Assembly (NCBI GenBank): GCA_964351495.1
Contig: CAYGOC010000005.1
Span: 16,407 to 80,406, forward strand
Source: an uncultured bacterium
Lineage (GTDB): Bacteria > Chlamydiota > Chlamydiia > Chlamydiales > SM23-39
DNA: 64,000 bases
Direction: 5' to 3'
Shown: piece by piece, positions 63,101 through 64,000 of the stretch
Position numbering within the stretch: the first letter of the stretch is position 1
How the letters are laid out: every line of letters starts with the position of its first letter
Program-made: the position numbers and the translations under genes
The notes under the pieces: model-generated
Database searches by the model: none
The model's input: the letters and a program-made list of their open reading frames with translations, nothing else
Told to the model about the DNA's origin: nothing

Positions 63101-64000
63101 TTCATATGATTTTTCAAAAGGCCTGCCATTTTCATCATATCAATAGGATCTTTTCCGAGTACTTTTGCCAGTTTTGCATCAGGAACAATAGTTCTTTTGT
63201 TTTTCGGGTCTTGTAAATTATTTTCCTTGATGTATTCCCACAGTTTTTTTACCACTTCTCCTCTTGAGAGTTCTTTTTCTTTGGTAATGGCTTGTAGTTC
63301 TTTACTTAAAAGAAGCTTTCTTTGCATGCCTCCTTTTTTTCCCCGTGGTTTTTTCTTGTAGGCCGTTTTTTCATGATCTTTATATTTTTCCGGCAAATCT
63401 TCTAGTGCATTGGCAATTACATCACAAGAAGGGAAATTAGAGCAGGAGTAAAAGGTTTTTCCAAAGCGAGACTTTCTCATAACGATCTTGCCGTCGCATC
63501 CTTTAGCAGGGCAGTTCGGCATGGTAGATAGATCTACTATCTCTTCTCCCTTCTTAGGGATGTTGACAATTCCTTTACAGTCGGGATAGCCGGAGCAGCC
63601 TAAAAAAGCCCCAAATCTTCCATGGCGAAGCGTCATATCCTTAGAGCAAAGAGGGCATTTTTGATCCCAATCAAATCCTTCTGCATAATCTTCTTTTTTA
63701 AACTCTAATGCCTCTAAGGAAGTGGTGTATTTGCAATCCGGATAGTTAGAACAGCCATAGAAATATTTTGTTTTAGACCAAATCTTTTGTAGTTTATGGC
63801 CACATTCAGGGCAGTCTATATCGGTCATTACTTTGGGAACAACGGCCTCTTTTTCCGCTTTTTCCACTAAAGGATGAAATAGATGCCAAAATTCAGAGAG
63901 TACCTTTTTCCAGTTTTTCTTATCTTCTGCGATGAGCTCTAGTTCATCTTCCATGTTGGAGGTAAAAGCAGGATCCATGATTAGCTTGAAGTTATCTTCT
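63097..64000 (-). CDS. topA: DNA topoisomerase I, C-terminal part (zinc fingers + SWIB domain); 5' end outside the window
   Basis: The frame stays open upstream of the track's internal Met to position 64000 (...EDNFKLIMDPAFTSNMEDELELIAEDKK). Has three C4 fingers (CPECGHKL..CSNYPDC, CPLCSKDM..CSGYPDC, CPAKGCDG..CSNFPSC). The SWIB tail reads LSRGEVVKKLWEYIKENNLQDPKNKRTIVPDAKLAKVLG. Confidence 0.9.
   Translation of the reverse strand, partial: EDNFKLIMDPAFTSNMEDELELIAEDKKNWKKVLSEFWHLFHPLVEKAEKEAVVPKVMTDIDCPECGHKLQKIWSKTKYFYGCSNYPDCKYTTSLEALEFKKEDYAEGFDWDQKCPLCSKDMTLRHGRFGAFLGCSGYPDCKGIVNIPKKGEEIVDLSTMPNCPAKGCDGKIVMRKSRFGKTFYSCSNFPSCDVIANALEDLPEKYKDHEKTAYKKKPRGKKGGMQRKLLLSKELQAITKEKELSRGEVVKKLWEYIKENNLQDPKNKRTIVPDAKLAKVLGKDPIDMMKMAGLLKNHMK

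Noticed and set aside
1-64000. Looked for rRNA, tRNA, CRISPR arrays, transposases, integrases and phage genes
   Set aside because: Coding density is very high and all intergenic gaps are under ~250 nt. I saw no repeat-spacer periodicity or cloverleaf-sized conserved segment, and no ORF has transposase/integrase/recombinase motifs. The glycan locus therefore cannot be called a mobile element from this window.

Overview
Gene-dense, AT-rich window (roughly 35-45% GC in the few lines I hand-counted). The housekeeping genes point to an environmental member of the phylum Chlamydiota: TopA with a C-terminal SWIB domain, a ~715-aa GreA, a ~540-aa ThyX, tandem TyrP-type transporters and MOMP-like porins. 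From 1 to 25 kb the genes are mostly core: folate, tRNA modification, rdgB, greA, hemB, thyX, tyrP x2, typA and uvrB. This part also holds a PilM/GspL-like operon, two tandem paralogs of unknown function, an orphan YjbH/GfcD-like outer-membrane protein and a small decayed patch. From 25.2 to 63.1 kb, bracketed by uvrB and topA, lies a ~38-kb surface-glycan (LPS/O-antigen/capsule-like) locus. It contains seven glycosyltransferase genes (GT9, two GT17, GT2, two GT4, one GT-B), a Wzy_C/O-antigen-ligase-type membrane protein and an MsbA/PglK-type ABC exporter. It also encodes two heptose-activation routes (a domain-swapped HldE-like fusion, and HddA/HddC), a Gmd + C-methyltransferase + Fcl-like set, and five methyltransferases. 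A translationally coupled block at 35.3-45.5 kb combines two ThDP enzyme systems with DmpF/DmpG/HpaI-type enzymes. That block is my best candidate for an undescribed pathway, probably for a C-branched or higher-carbon sugar. The locus is interrupted by MFS, a membrane protein and ung. I recognised no rRNA, tRNA, CRISPR, transposase or integrase. All family calls are by-eye motif recognition on the supplied translations; no database search was run.
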